Assembly (NCBI GenBank): GCA_018304425.1
Contig: JAGVWE010000002.1
Coordinates: 64,001-128,000 of the forward strand
Direction of reading: 5' to 3'
Origin: Candidatus Iainarchaeum sp.
GTDB taxonomy: Archaea > Iainarchaeota > Iainarchaeia > Iainarchaeales > UBA10219
Length of the DNA: 64,000 nt
A program made the translations under genes and the position numbers. The notes beneath the pieces were generated by a model. The model searched no databases and was not told the DNA's origin. It saw only the letters and a program-made list of their open reading frames with translations. Below are positions 46,722-55,131 of the stretch, piece by piece. Position 1 is the first letter of the stretch. The number at the start of each line of letters is the position of its first letter.

Positions 46722-47620
46722 GGCAGGGCCTCAATCAGTTGGCGCTGGGCCTTGGCCAGCCCCTCGGGGTAGAGCAGCAAAGGCCTTAAAACAGGCAGGG
46801 GAACGGTTTTGTCGAAGGCCTGCATGGCCTGGACGTCCGGAGCGTCATCGGCTTTCACGAATGCCGTCAAGCCCTCGGCTTCAATGGCTTGCGCGAGCCG
46901 GCTGGCCGGGTAGGCCTTGAACTGCATGCCGGAATTCCAGGGCACGAGCCTGGCAAGCAAGGCAGCCACTTTCGTTTCGTCGCCCGCGACAATCGGGTAA
47001 ACAGTGCAGCCCCGCTTCATCACCAGCCAGGCCGCAAAAACCTCCAAAGGATTTCCCTCGAAGAAAACGCCGACGTTTCCCTGCACGCCGACGGGGTAAC
47101 CGCCTGGCCCCGGCCGTTCTTCGACGCACAAGTAAAACGTTTCGTCGCGGACTTCGACTTCGATGACCGCGTCCGGGTGGTCGAGGTTGACTTTGGCGTT
47201 GGGTTGCGCGTCCAAAACCATGCGGCCGAGTTTGACTTCAATGTCCTTGGAGGAAAACGCGTGCTTTCCCACCCGGTGCGCGCGGACCGCGAACTGGGTG
47301 CCGGCGTTCACGCGGGCCAAGGCAAACGGCAACGCCTTCTCGCAGACGCGGTCCAGGGTGGGGTCCGCGAAGCGCTTGGCGTGGATGACGGAGTTCACGC
47401 CGAAGACCCGTTGCAGGATGGGCACTGCCTCCCGTGGGTTCACGCCGTCCACGTGCAGGACCAGGCCAGTGGACTTCACGGTTTCGAAGGCACACCTGTT
47501 CTTCTTGAGCGCCATGCGCAGGTTGTCCTTGAGGCGTTGCACGATTTTCCTGCGGACGGGGAGGCTCTTGATGCCGATTTCCGCTCCCGCCTTGACCAGC
47601 AGGCAATCGATTCCATTCAT
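46718..47620 (-). CDS. ThiI-like THUMP protein with degenerate PP-loop
   Basis: EIGIKS..VRR, RVFGV, THUMP (VNLDHPD), GPGGYPVG, AWLVMKRG, RPL; SGGxDS replaced by FEGNPLE. Confidence 0.85.
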   Translation of the reverse strand: MNGIDCLLVKAGAEIGIKSLPVRRKIVQRLKDNLRMALKKNRCAFETVKSTGLVLHVDGVNPREAVPILQRVFGVNSVIHAKRFADPTLDRVCEKALPFALARVNAGTQFAVRAHRVGKHAFSSKDIEVKLGRMVLDAQPNAKVNLDHPDAVIEVEVRDETFYLCVEERPGPGGYPVGVQGNVGVFFEGNPLEVFAAWLVMKRGCTVYPIVAGDETKVAALLARLVPWNSGMQFKAYPASRLAQAIEAEGLTAFVKADDAPDVQAMQAFDKTVPLPVLRPLLLYPEGLAKAQRQLIEALP

Positions 47621-47718
47621 GCACGTAATTGGCCTGCAAAAGGCATAAATTGCCTGCCCCCGACGAGCCTTGGACCGGAGAAGCAACCCTTATATTGGTG
47701 GACGCGCAAAATATGTTT

Positions 47719-48801
47719 ATGCCCCGCTTTTTCCGCCAGCCGCCGAGAAGGCCTCTACAGCCCAGGCGGCGCCGGCGCTGGATGGTGCCGTTATTGGGGG
47801 GCGTGACCGCGGCTGCCCTGGGGACCATGGGTTGGATGACGCATCAGGTGCTGCGGATGCCTTCGCCCGAAGCCCCGGCAAGGCCCGGCATGGTGCGCGT
47901 GGACGCACCTCACACTGGAACCCGTGGCATGGTGCCACAAATGGGGACAAGGGTTCCACGGCGAAGGGCCAACATGACGGAGCCTGCCCCCGCAATCCGC
48001 GCACCTCAGCCCCCGACAGAACCATTCGCCTGGCTGGAGGGAAGAACGGGCCTCTTGTGGGAGAAGGTACGCGAAATGAAGCGGACGGGCGCGCTGGACG
48101 CTTGGCAGAAGGAAATCGAAGCCAGGCGAAACGCGATGTCTGAAACCGAAAAAGCTGGCATAGAGGCTTACTTGCGGGGCCTCACCGAGGCCAAGGCCGC
48201 GGCGCTCCTGCTGCCCGAACTCGAACCCCACAACGCCGTTTACAGCACCCAACTGCTGGGCAAGTACATTGAACAGGTGTTCCGGTTCGGCCCGGAAAAA
48301 GCCGCTGAGATGCGGAAAAACGAGTTGCGGGGACTGCTCACCCAGCTCGCGGAAAAACCCGAACTCCTCAAAGACCTTCGGTACAGCCAAGCCCTTCGGG
48401 TCGCCAGCCTGGACTACCTTAAAGACGACTTCAAACTGGACCGCGCCTGGCGGCCCGTGGTGCACGACATGTACGTGGCCTTGAACGATTGCTTCGAGCA
48501 AGCCGCACGGTATTACCCGGAAGGCGACCCGCGACGGGAAGTGCTCCTGCGTGAAGTCGACCCGTTGCGGAGTCTGTTGCGGTTCTCCAGGGGATACCCC
48601 ATTGAAAGCAACACCCAACGCCGTGCCAACGAAATCCTGGAGGCCTTCGCCGCCACGCGGGAGGTCGACGTGAACATCGACGCGGCCGTGGCCAACGCCC
48701 TCAAGAAGAGCCTGACCCCCGAGGAAATAGAGGCTATGGTGAACAGCACGGATCGCCTCATCGAATGGATCTTGAAGCAGAGGGCCGGACTAAAGTGGTG
48801 A
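47719..48801 (+). CDS. Orphan single-pass membrane protein with Arg-rich N-terminus (paralog of 57656)
   Basis: MPRFFRQPPRRPLQPRRRRRW-TM-Pro linker-helical domain. Confidence 0.75.
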   Translation: MPRFFRQPPRRPLQPRRRRRWMVPLLGGVTAAALGTMGWMTHQVLRMPSPEAPARPGMVRVDAPHTGTRGMVPQMGTRVPRRRANMTEPAPAIRAPQPPTEPFAWLEGRTGLLWEKVREMKRTGALDAWQKEIEARRNAMSETEKAGIEAYLRGLTEAKAAALLLPELEPHNAVYSTQLLGKYIEQVFRFGPEKAAEMRKNELRGLLTQLAEKPELLKDLRYSQALRVASLDYLKDDFKLDRAWRPVVHDMYVALNDCFEQAARYYPEGDPRREVLLREVDPLRSLLRFSRGYPIESNTQRRANEILEAFAATREVDVNIDAAVANALKKSLTPEEIEAMVNSTDRLIEWILKQRAGLKW

Positions 48802-48860
48802 AATCCCCGCCGGCAAACGCCCTGGGGCGAAGCCTTTAAAGCCATTCGGACGGTCAATTA

Positions 48861-48952
48861 GTAGCCGTTGGGTTGGCGGGAACCGGAAGGCCTACCGCCC
48901 CCTTGAGCGCAAGCGAAAGGGGGCAAGTCCACAGGTGCCGGCTGACTGGCAG
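48861..48952 (+). ncRNA. Candidate structured RNA / leader upstream of tRNA-Cys
   Basis: TTTAAA box 48835-48840; long hairpin with core GCCCCCTT-GA-GC-GCAA-GC-GA-AAGGGGGC. Confidence 0.4.
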
Positions 48953-48954
48953 CC

Positions 48955-49026
48955 GCGGAGGTGGCAGAACGGCTATGCATCGGGCTGCAGACCCGAAGAT
49001 AGAGGGTTCGACTCCCTCCCTCCGCT
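48955..49026 (+). tRNA. tRNA-Cys(GCA)
   Basis: GCGGAGG/CCTCCGC acceptor, TCGGG-CTGCAGA-CCCGA anticodon arm, TTCGACT, U discriminator. Confidence 0.95.
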
Positions 49027-49458
49027 TTAAACGCACCGGAAATGTACCATCAATAGTTCTAAAAGTCCCAAAAGGGAATCCACTATAACAAGGATTGAAA
49101 CTATTTGGGGGCATTCGGCACCAAGATTGCTTTAAGCGCCATAATAACGTTTTTCATTATTTTAGGTCGTTAGCGGTTTTTGCGGTGGGCGGCGGATTTA
49201 CGGCTATTGTAATAGCCGTAGAATAAGGGTTTGGCGCCTATTGTAGTAGGTGCAATGGATAGCAAAGTGCTCATTGGCGGGCAAACAGTATCTCTATGGG
49301 CATAGAGATATCTATGGTTGTAGACAGGGTGAATCGGCAGAGGTTCGTTGTATTGAGCAATACCGTGTCAATTATTGCCCAAAATAATGGGCAACACAGT
49401 ATATACATGGATATGTATATATACCTTCCCATGTATAGGTTGCTGTGGATGAGTGCAT

Positions 49459-50073
49459 ATGGTTAACCTGGCTGCGCCCAAGACCTTCCAGTTCATCGAG
49501 TACGTGTTGGACCAGAAAACGTTTACCCAGTACCGGGCGGCAAAGGAACTGCACCTCACCATGCCCTTAATCAATCAGGCCACCAATTACTTGCTGAAAA
49601 GGGGCTTCATTGCCCACGACGGAAAACAATACAACTTGAGGGACGCGGCCGGACTCATCGCCTCGATTCACTTGTTCCGCGACATGAAAGACCTGCAACT
49701 CCTTGAAATACACACGTCCCTGGAAAAAGAAAAAGCCATGGCGTCCCTCCAAGCAACGACGGCCGCCCCCATCTACTGCCTGGACACGGCGCTGAACAAT
49801 TATTCCAACTGGTGGCGGTCCAACCTCGTGTGCGCCTACGTTGAACCCCAAGCCCTGGACGAAATCCACATGACCTTCCTCTACCATCCAGGCAATGCCA
49901 CTGTGCTTAGGGTCTTCAAAGAAAAACCAAAAGTGGAAAAATTCTTCGAAGCCCGCGGCCAAAGATTCACCGCCAAAACCAGGACCGTTATCGACATGGT
50001 CTGCGACAAACAACTAAACGCAGTAGAACCCTTATTCAGGCAACTATGGGGGCGGGACGTTGCCAACCCTTGA
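49459..50073 (+). CDS. wHTH protein, putative AbiEi-like antitoxin
   Basis: N-terminal HTH (FTQYRAAKELHLT..INQATNYL..RGFI); overlaps nucleotidyltransferase gene. Confidence 0.65.
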   Translation: MVNLAAPKTFQFIEYVLDQKTFTQYRAAKELHLTMPLINQATNYLLKRGFIAHDGKQYNLRDAAGLIASIHLFRDMKDLQLLEIHTSLEKEKAMASLQATTAAPIYCLDTALNNYSNWWRSNLVCAYVEPQALDEIHMTFLYHPGNATVLRVFKEKPKVEKFFEARGQRFTAKTRTVIDMVCDKQLNAVEPLFRQLWGRDVANP

Positions 50074-50797
50074 AGAACGCTATCCAAAAGAAATTACTGA
50101 TTTATCCCTTGTTGAACTCAAGAAGTTCCTGGCCTGGTGTAAGTCAAGGATACGAAAAACCGTGCCAGTCATCGGCGGCTGGGCCGTTTATGCCTATGCA
50201 CCGAAAACGGGCTCCATTGACATTGACATCGCAATCGACAAAGTGGATGAACCACCCATAAAAGGCTTCTTCAAAGAAAACGGGTTCAAGCGGAAAGAAG
50301 ACGAACCCAACGTTTACTTCAAAGAAATCACGACCGCCGCTGGCCGGACGGAAACCATCCACTATGACGTCTTCTATTCAGACCATGTCTTCAAAATCAG
50401 GGAAGCCAGCATTTCCTTCAATCTGCTGGACCGCTACTCGCAGGAAATTTCTCTGGAGGCCCAACCCATGCGCGTGCCAACCAAAGAACTCCTCCTCATC
50501 CTCAAGGTCGCCGCCTACCGGGACAGGGAAGACAATGCACGAATGGGACACTTCCGCCGGCCCCCCGGTGAACGCGAACGACTCGAAAGCAAAATAGAAA
50601 AAGACAAAGCAGACATCCGAAACCTCTTCGAAACGGCTCCAGACCAAAAAAGAATAAACGACTTACTCGAAAAAACGGGTTTCAAACAAGCCTACACCCA
50701 AAGCCTGAAGGAACTCGGAATAATCAAGACCCAAAGCAAAACCATTACCGGGAATGCCTCCATAGCAAAAGCCGAGGAACCCAAAGATCCGCGTTAA
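50060..50797 (+). CDS. Nucleotidyltransferase, putative AbiEii/type IV TA toxin
   Basis: VIGGWAV...SIDIDI Pol-beta motif; LLILK..A; KDKADI. Confidence 0.8.
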   Translation: MPTLEERYPKEITDLSLVELKKFLAWCKSRIRKTVPVIGGWAVYAYAPKTGSIDIDIAIDKVDEPPIKGFFKENGFKRKEDEPNVYFKEITTAAGRTETIHYDVFYSDHVFKIREASISFNLLDRYSQEISLEAQPMRVPTKELLLILKVAAYRDREDNARMGHFRRPPGERERLESKIEKDKADIRNLFETAPDQKRINDLLEKTGFKQAYTQSLKELGIIKTQSKTITGNASIAKAEEPKDPR

Positions 50798-50936
50798 CCT
50801 TATAAGTTTGAAAAGCGTATAAGCTTACGAGAAACGAAAACACCGCGTTTGCGTCAGGAGAACCCTGGCTTCGGAGCGCTCCCTCCGCTCTCCCGTTCCG
50901 TCTGCTTTAAAACGATTTTGGTTGGAGGTTACTTGT

Positions 50937-51008
50937 ATGACCATCAGAAGGGATTTAGAAAAGCTGCGGTCAAACTGATTTTGGCAGCCATCGGATTGGC
51001 GGTTTTTT
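50937..51008 (+). promoter_or_regulatory. Putative leader peptide with alternative hairpins and U-tract upstream of lysC
   Basis: ORF 50937-50978 MTIRRDLEKLRSN; GCCA-N6-TGGC + T6 overlapping GCTGC/GCAGC stem. Confidence 0.35.
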
Positions 51009-51026
51009 CTGTGGGGATGAAACTTC

Positions 51027-52403
51027 ATGAGAACGGTCATGAAGTTCGGGGGCAGCGTGCTGTCGACTGCAGAAGATTTTCAAAGGCTTGTTGAAATTGT
51101 TGGGCCAAGGCACCGAAAAGGCGAGGAAATACTCCTTGTTAACAGTGCCTTGCATGGGGTAACCGACGAATTGATTCAGGCAGCCGAGCAAGCAGTAACA
51201 CATACAAAACACGTTTCTGGGTTCGTGAACAGGCTGCGGCGGCGACACGAAAATGCTTTACGGCTTGTTTCAAGTCCTAGAATAGCCGGGAGATGCCGCG
51301 CCGTCCTTGCAGGCAGACTGGACCGGCTTGAAAAAGCCTTGAATGCCATTAATTCCCTGCAAAACCTTGCTCCCAGAACCCAGGACTTGGTGTATACTTT
51401 CGGGGAAAGACTTTCAGCACCCATCATGGAAGCCTATCTCCTGGATGCAGGCGTCCAAGCAAAAGCCTTGGATGCAGACGAAGCAGGGCTTGTAACCGAC
51501 AGCTCTTACGGCAAAGCAAACCCCAGAATGGATTTAATTAAAAGAAATTTCAAAAAAATTGGCACGGCATTGAAGGACACCATTGCAATCATTACAGGCT
51601 ACTTTGGAGTGGACGAAAACTCGAATGTCGTGTGCTTTGGCCGCGGCGGCAGCGATTTCTCTGCAGGAATCATGGCAAACGCTGTTGGCGCGAATGCACT
51701 TGAGCTATGGAAAGACATTGGATGCTTTTATTCGGCTGATTCCAGAACAGTCAAAGGAGCCCAAAGGCTTGAAAGGCTTAGCTATGACGAAGCCGAAGAA
51801 CTGGGTTATTTTGGAGCCAAAATCATTCACCCCAAAACCATTCCACCCTTGAAGGAAAAAAACATCAAGGCCCTGGTGAAAAACGTGTTCAAACCAAGGG
51901 AATGCGGTACATTGATTACGGCGCGGCCCAGAAAAACCGGGAAAACCGTGAAAGCCATTGCGTCAAAGAAAAACATTGGATTGATTACGGTGAGAAGTGC
52001 AAGCATGGTGGACGTGCCTGGCTACCTTGGCCGGCTCTTTGGTTTGCTGAGCGAGCACGGCATAGCCGTGGACATGGTGAGCACCAGTGAAGCCAGTGTC
52101 TCATTCACGATTGACCGCAAGGACCTGTTGCTGGCAAGGAAAGCCCTGGCAGGCCTTGAACGGGAAAGCGAGCGCATGCGGTTTGAAAGCGACGTGGCAT
52201 TGATTGGCGTAATCGGCGAAGCCCTTCGTTCAACCCCTGGCATTGTGGGCAAAGCGGCCAATTGCCTGGGAAAAGCAGGCATCAACCTTGAAGCCATAAG
52301 CCTTGGCGCCAGCGAAATCGACGTGTTGTTGGTCGTCAAGGAAAGGCACCGCGTGCAAGCCGTTCAAGTCTTGCACCGGGCCCTAGTGGAGGGAAAAACA
52401 TGA
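51027..52403 (+). CDS. lysC: Aspartate kinase
   Basis: VMKFGGS, GERLSA, GRGGSDFSA, LSYDEAEEL..FGAKIIHP, two ACT domains. Confidence 0.96.
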   Translation: MRTVMKFGGSVLSTAEDFQRLVEIVGPRHRKGEEILLVNSALHGVTDELIQAAEQAVTHTKHVSGFVNRLRRRHENALRLVSSPRIAGRCRAVLAGRLDRLEKALNAINSLQNLAPRTQDLVYTFGERLSAPIMEAYLLDAGVQAKALDADEAGLVTDSSYGKANPRMDLIKRNFKKIGTALKDTIAIITGYFGVDENSNVVCFGRGGSDFSAGIMANAVGANALELWKDIGCFYSADSRTVKGAQRLERLSYDEAEELGYFGAKIIHPKTIPPLKEKNIKALVKNVFKPRECGTLITARPRKTGKTVKAIASKKNIGLITVRSASMVDVPGYLGRLFGLLSEHGIAVDMVSTSEASVSFTIDRKDLLLARKALAGLERESERMRFESDVALIGVIGEALRSTPGIVGKAANCLGKAGINLEAISLGASEIDVLLVVKERHRVQAVQVLHRALVEGKT

Positions 52404-53452
52404 CGGCAAAAATTCCGTGCGCCGTGTTGGGTGCAACTGGAGCGGTCGGGCAGCGGTTCATCCAGTTGCTTGAGGGGCACCCGTGGTTCGAAGTGGTAGC
52501 GGTCTGCGCCAGCGAACGCAGTGCCGGGCAAAGTTATTCAGGGGCAGTAGATGGAAGGTGGAAGCTGCCTACACGAATCCCTGAAAACGTTGGAGGGCTG
52601 ACGGTAAAAGAGTGCAAGCCAGCAGACTTGAATGCACGGATTGCTTTCAGCGGCTTGGACGCGGGCGTTGCAGGGTCCATTGAAGAAGAATTCGCGCGCG
52701 CGGGCTATGCCGTGGTCAGCAACAGCCGCAACCACCGCATGGATGCCGACGTGCCGTTGTTGGTTCCTGAAGCCAATGAAAGCCACTTGAAAGCCATTGA
52801 ATTGCAGAGAAAACGGTTTGGCCGGGGCTTGATTGTAACCGACCCCAATTGTTCAACCATCGGCATGGCACTGGCGTTGGCGCCCCTGCACCAAAAATGG
52901 GGCGTCGAAAAAGTGGGTGTCGTGACCATGCAGGCCATCAGCGGTGCGGGTTATCCGGGGGTCGCCAGCCTAGACGTTGTGGACAACGTGGTTCCCTACA
53001 TCGCGGGCGAAGAAGAGAAGATGGAAACCGAGGCCAAGAAAATCCTGGGAAAATGGAGTGGAACGGCATTCGAGTTCGCCCCGGTGACGGTGAGCGCAAG
53101 CTGCAACCGCGTTCCAACCGTTGACGGCCACCTGGAAAGCGTTTCCTTTTCACTGAGGGCACAAGTTGAAAGAGAAGAAATAATGGAGGCATGGCGGACT
53201 TGGAAGCCGTTGAAGGCGTTGAAGTTGCCAAGCGCGCCGGAACAGCCGGTGGTGTACCGGGAGGAAGCCGACCGGCCGCAGCCAAGGCTGGATAGAATGG
53301 AAGGCCATGGCATGAGCGTCGTGGTGGGAAGGCTGCGGGAGTGCCCATTGCTGGGCTGGAAAATGAGCGTGTTGAGTCATAACACAATCAGGGGAGCGGC
53401 TGGTGCCGCCATCCTGAACGCGGAATTGTTGAAGGCGCGGGGGTATCTTTAA
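52400..53452 (+). CDS. asd: Aspartate-semialdehyde dehydrogenase
   Basis: LGATGAVGQ, PNCST, QAISGAG, HNTIRGAAG. Confidence 0.97.
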   Translation: MTAKIPCAVLGATGAVGQRFIQLLEGHPWFEVVAVCASERSAGQSYSGAVDGRWKLPTRIPENVGGLTVKECKPADLNARIAFSGLDAGVAGSIEEEFARAGYAVVSNSRNHRMDADVPLLVPEANESHLKAIELQRKRFGRGLIVTDPNCSTIGMALALAPLHQKWGVEKVGVVTMQAISGAGYPGVASLDVVDNVVPYIAGEEEKMETEAKKILGKWSGTAFEFAPVTVSASCNRVPTVDGHLESVSFSLRAQVEREEIMEAWRTWKPLKALKLPSAPEQPVVYREEADRPQPRLDRMEGHGMSVVVGRLRECPLLGWKMSVLSHNTIRGAAGAAILNAELLKARGYL

Positions 53453-53477
53453 AAGGAATTGTCGGGAGGTATAAGGT

Positions 53478-54236
53478 ATGAGGCTGGGATTGATTGGGTT
53501 TGGGGCCATGGGCAAAGAAGTGGCCCGAATCGCCAAAGAAAGAGGGCACGAAATCGTTGCCATTGTGGACCCAAAAGCAGCCGAGGCCACGGCTAAAGTC
53601 ATAGACGCAAAAGCCTTGGAAAAGGCGGAGGCCTGCATTGATTTTTCTTCGCTGAATGGAGTCATGGAAAACATCGAGAAAACCGCTGCCTTGAAGAAAA
53701 ACATGGTAGTGGGAACCACTGGCTGGTACGAGCACGTAGGCGAAGCCAGGAAAATAGTTGGAAAACGGGGCATTGGCTTTGTGTATGCCTCGAATTTTTC
53801 CGTGGGCGTGAACGCGTTTTACAGGATTGTGGCCGAAGCAGCAAAGGCAATGAATGGGTTAAAGGAATACGATGTGTTTGGCTATGAATTGCATCATAAC
53901 CGGAAACAGGACAGCCCCTCTGGAACAGCCAAGAGTCTGGCGAAAATAATTGTGAACAATTTTTCACGAAAAAAGAAAGTGATATACGAAAAACTGGACA
54001 GAAAAATCGAAGCAGATGAACTACATTTTGCAAGCATTCGAGGCGGCAGCGTGCCTGGAACGCACGTCATTGGATTTGATTCGGCTGCAGACTCCATTGA
54101 ATTGAAGCATGAGGCCAGGAGCAGGGCGGGGTTTGCCTTGGGCGCCGTGCTGGCAGCCGAATGGATTAAAGGCAAAAAGGGCTTTTTTGAAGTCAATGAT
54201 TTCATGAATGACTTGCTGGAGGGAAAACATGTTTGA
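53478..54236 (+). CDS. dapB: 4-hydroxy-tetrahydrodipicolinate reductase
   Basis: GFGAMG, VGTTG, ELHHNRKQDSPSGTA, FALGA. Confidence 0.96.
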   Translation: MRLGLIGFGAMGKEVARIAKERGHEIVAIVDPKAAEATAKVIDAKALEKAEACIDFSSLNGVMENIEKTAALKKNMVVGTTGWYEHVGEARKIVGKRGIGFVYASNFSVGVNAFYRIVAEAAKAMNGLKEYDVFGYELHHNRKQDSPSGTAKSLAKIIVNNFSRKKKVIYEKLDRKIEADELHFASIRGGSVPGTHVIGFDSAADSIELKHEARSRAGFALGAVLAAEWIKGKKGFFEVNDFMNDLLEGKHV

Positions 54237-55119
54237 GGGAACAACAACGGCATTGGTTACGCCATTCAAGCAGAACGGGGAACTGGACTTGGAGGGCCTG
54301 AAGAAGAACGTGCGTTTCCAGGTGGCCGGGGGCATCAACGGCTTGCTGGCGCTGGGCACCACCGGGGAATCGCCGACGCTCAGCGAACAAGAAAAAGAAC
54401 AGGTCGTGAAGGCAACGGTGGCGGAAGCCAGGGGAAAGGCTCCGGTCATGGTCGGCAGCGGAACCAATGACACCCGCAAGACCGTGAAGGCCTCGCAGCT
54501 GGCCTGCGACTGGGGCGCGGACGCGTTGTTGGTCGTTACTCCCTACTACAACAAGCCCACTCCAAAAGGCATCTATGAGCACTTCAAGGCCGTGAACGAT
54601 GCCGTTGACCGGCCCATCGTGGTCTACAACATCGCGGGCAGGACCGGGAAAAACATTGAAACCCAGGTCATGAAGCGGCTCGCGGAACTCGAACACATCA
54701 TCGGCGTCAAGGAAGCCTCTGGCAACATCGACCAGATAGGCGATGTCTGCCGGGAAATCCAGGCGACCCGCAAGGGCTTCACGGTGTGGAGCGGAGACGA
54801 TGGTTTGACGTTCCCGGCCATGGCCTTGGGCGCCAAGGGAGTCATCAGCGTGGCCAGCAACCTCGTGCCGGCCAGGGTAGTGGCCATGACCACGGCTGCC
54901 CTCCAAGGAAAGTGGGAAGAAGCCCGACGGCTGCACTTTGAGTTGCTGCCGCTCTTCAAGGGCATCTTCATCGAAACCAACCCCATTCCCATCAAGGCGG
55001 CCATGAACTGGGCTGGCCTGGCGGCAGGCGCGTATAGGCTACCCATGACCGAAATGGAGCCCCAGAACGCGGAGAAGCTCAGGGCACTGCTTAAAAGCCT
55101 TGGTCTGTTAAAAGGGTAG
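54229..55119 (+). CDS. dapA: 4-hydroxy-tetrahydrodipicolinate synthase
   Basis: ALVTPF, GTTGES, PYYNKP, YNIAGRTG, GVKEASG, ETNPIPIK. Confidence 0.97.
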   Translation: MFEGTTTALVTPFKQNGELDLEGLKKNVRFQVAGGINGLLALGTTGESPTLSEQEKEQVVKATVAEARGKAPVMVGSGTNDTRKTVKASQLACDWGADALLVVTPYYNKPTPKGIYEHFKAVNDAVDRPIVVYNIAGRTGKNIETQVMKRLAELEHIIGVKEASGNIDQIGDVCREIQATRKGFTVWSGDDGLTFPAMALGAKGVISVASNLVPARVVAMTTAALQGKWEEARRLHFELLPLFKGIFIETNPIPIKAAMNWAGLAAGAYRLPMTEMEPQNAEKLRALLKSLGLLKG

Positions 55120-55131
55120 GGGAGGCATGCG

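Larger units (their letters stand above)
49016..50889. mobile_element. Small island integrated at tRNA-Cys 3' end (no integrase)
   Basis: CTCCCTCCGCT at 49016-49026 and 50879-50889; visibly AT-richer interior. Confidence 0.55.

Noticed and set aside
48861-48952. 5S rRNA, SRP RNA, H/ACA guide or SECIS identity for the tRNA-Cys leader
   Set aside because: Too short and lacks the 5S loop C context, SRP helix 8 motif, a K-turn bulge with correct ACA spacing, and any nearby Sec-type gene
50800-51026. Lysine riboswitch upstream of lysC
   Set aside because: No AGAGGUGC/loop-E core or five-way junction could be found
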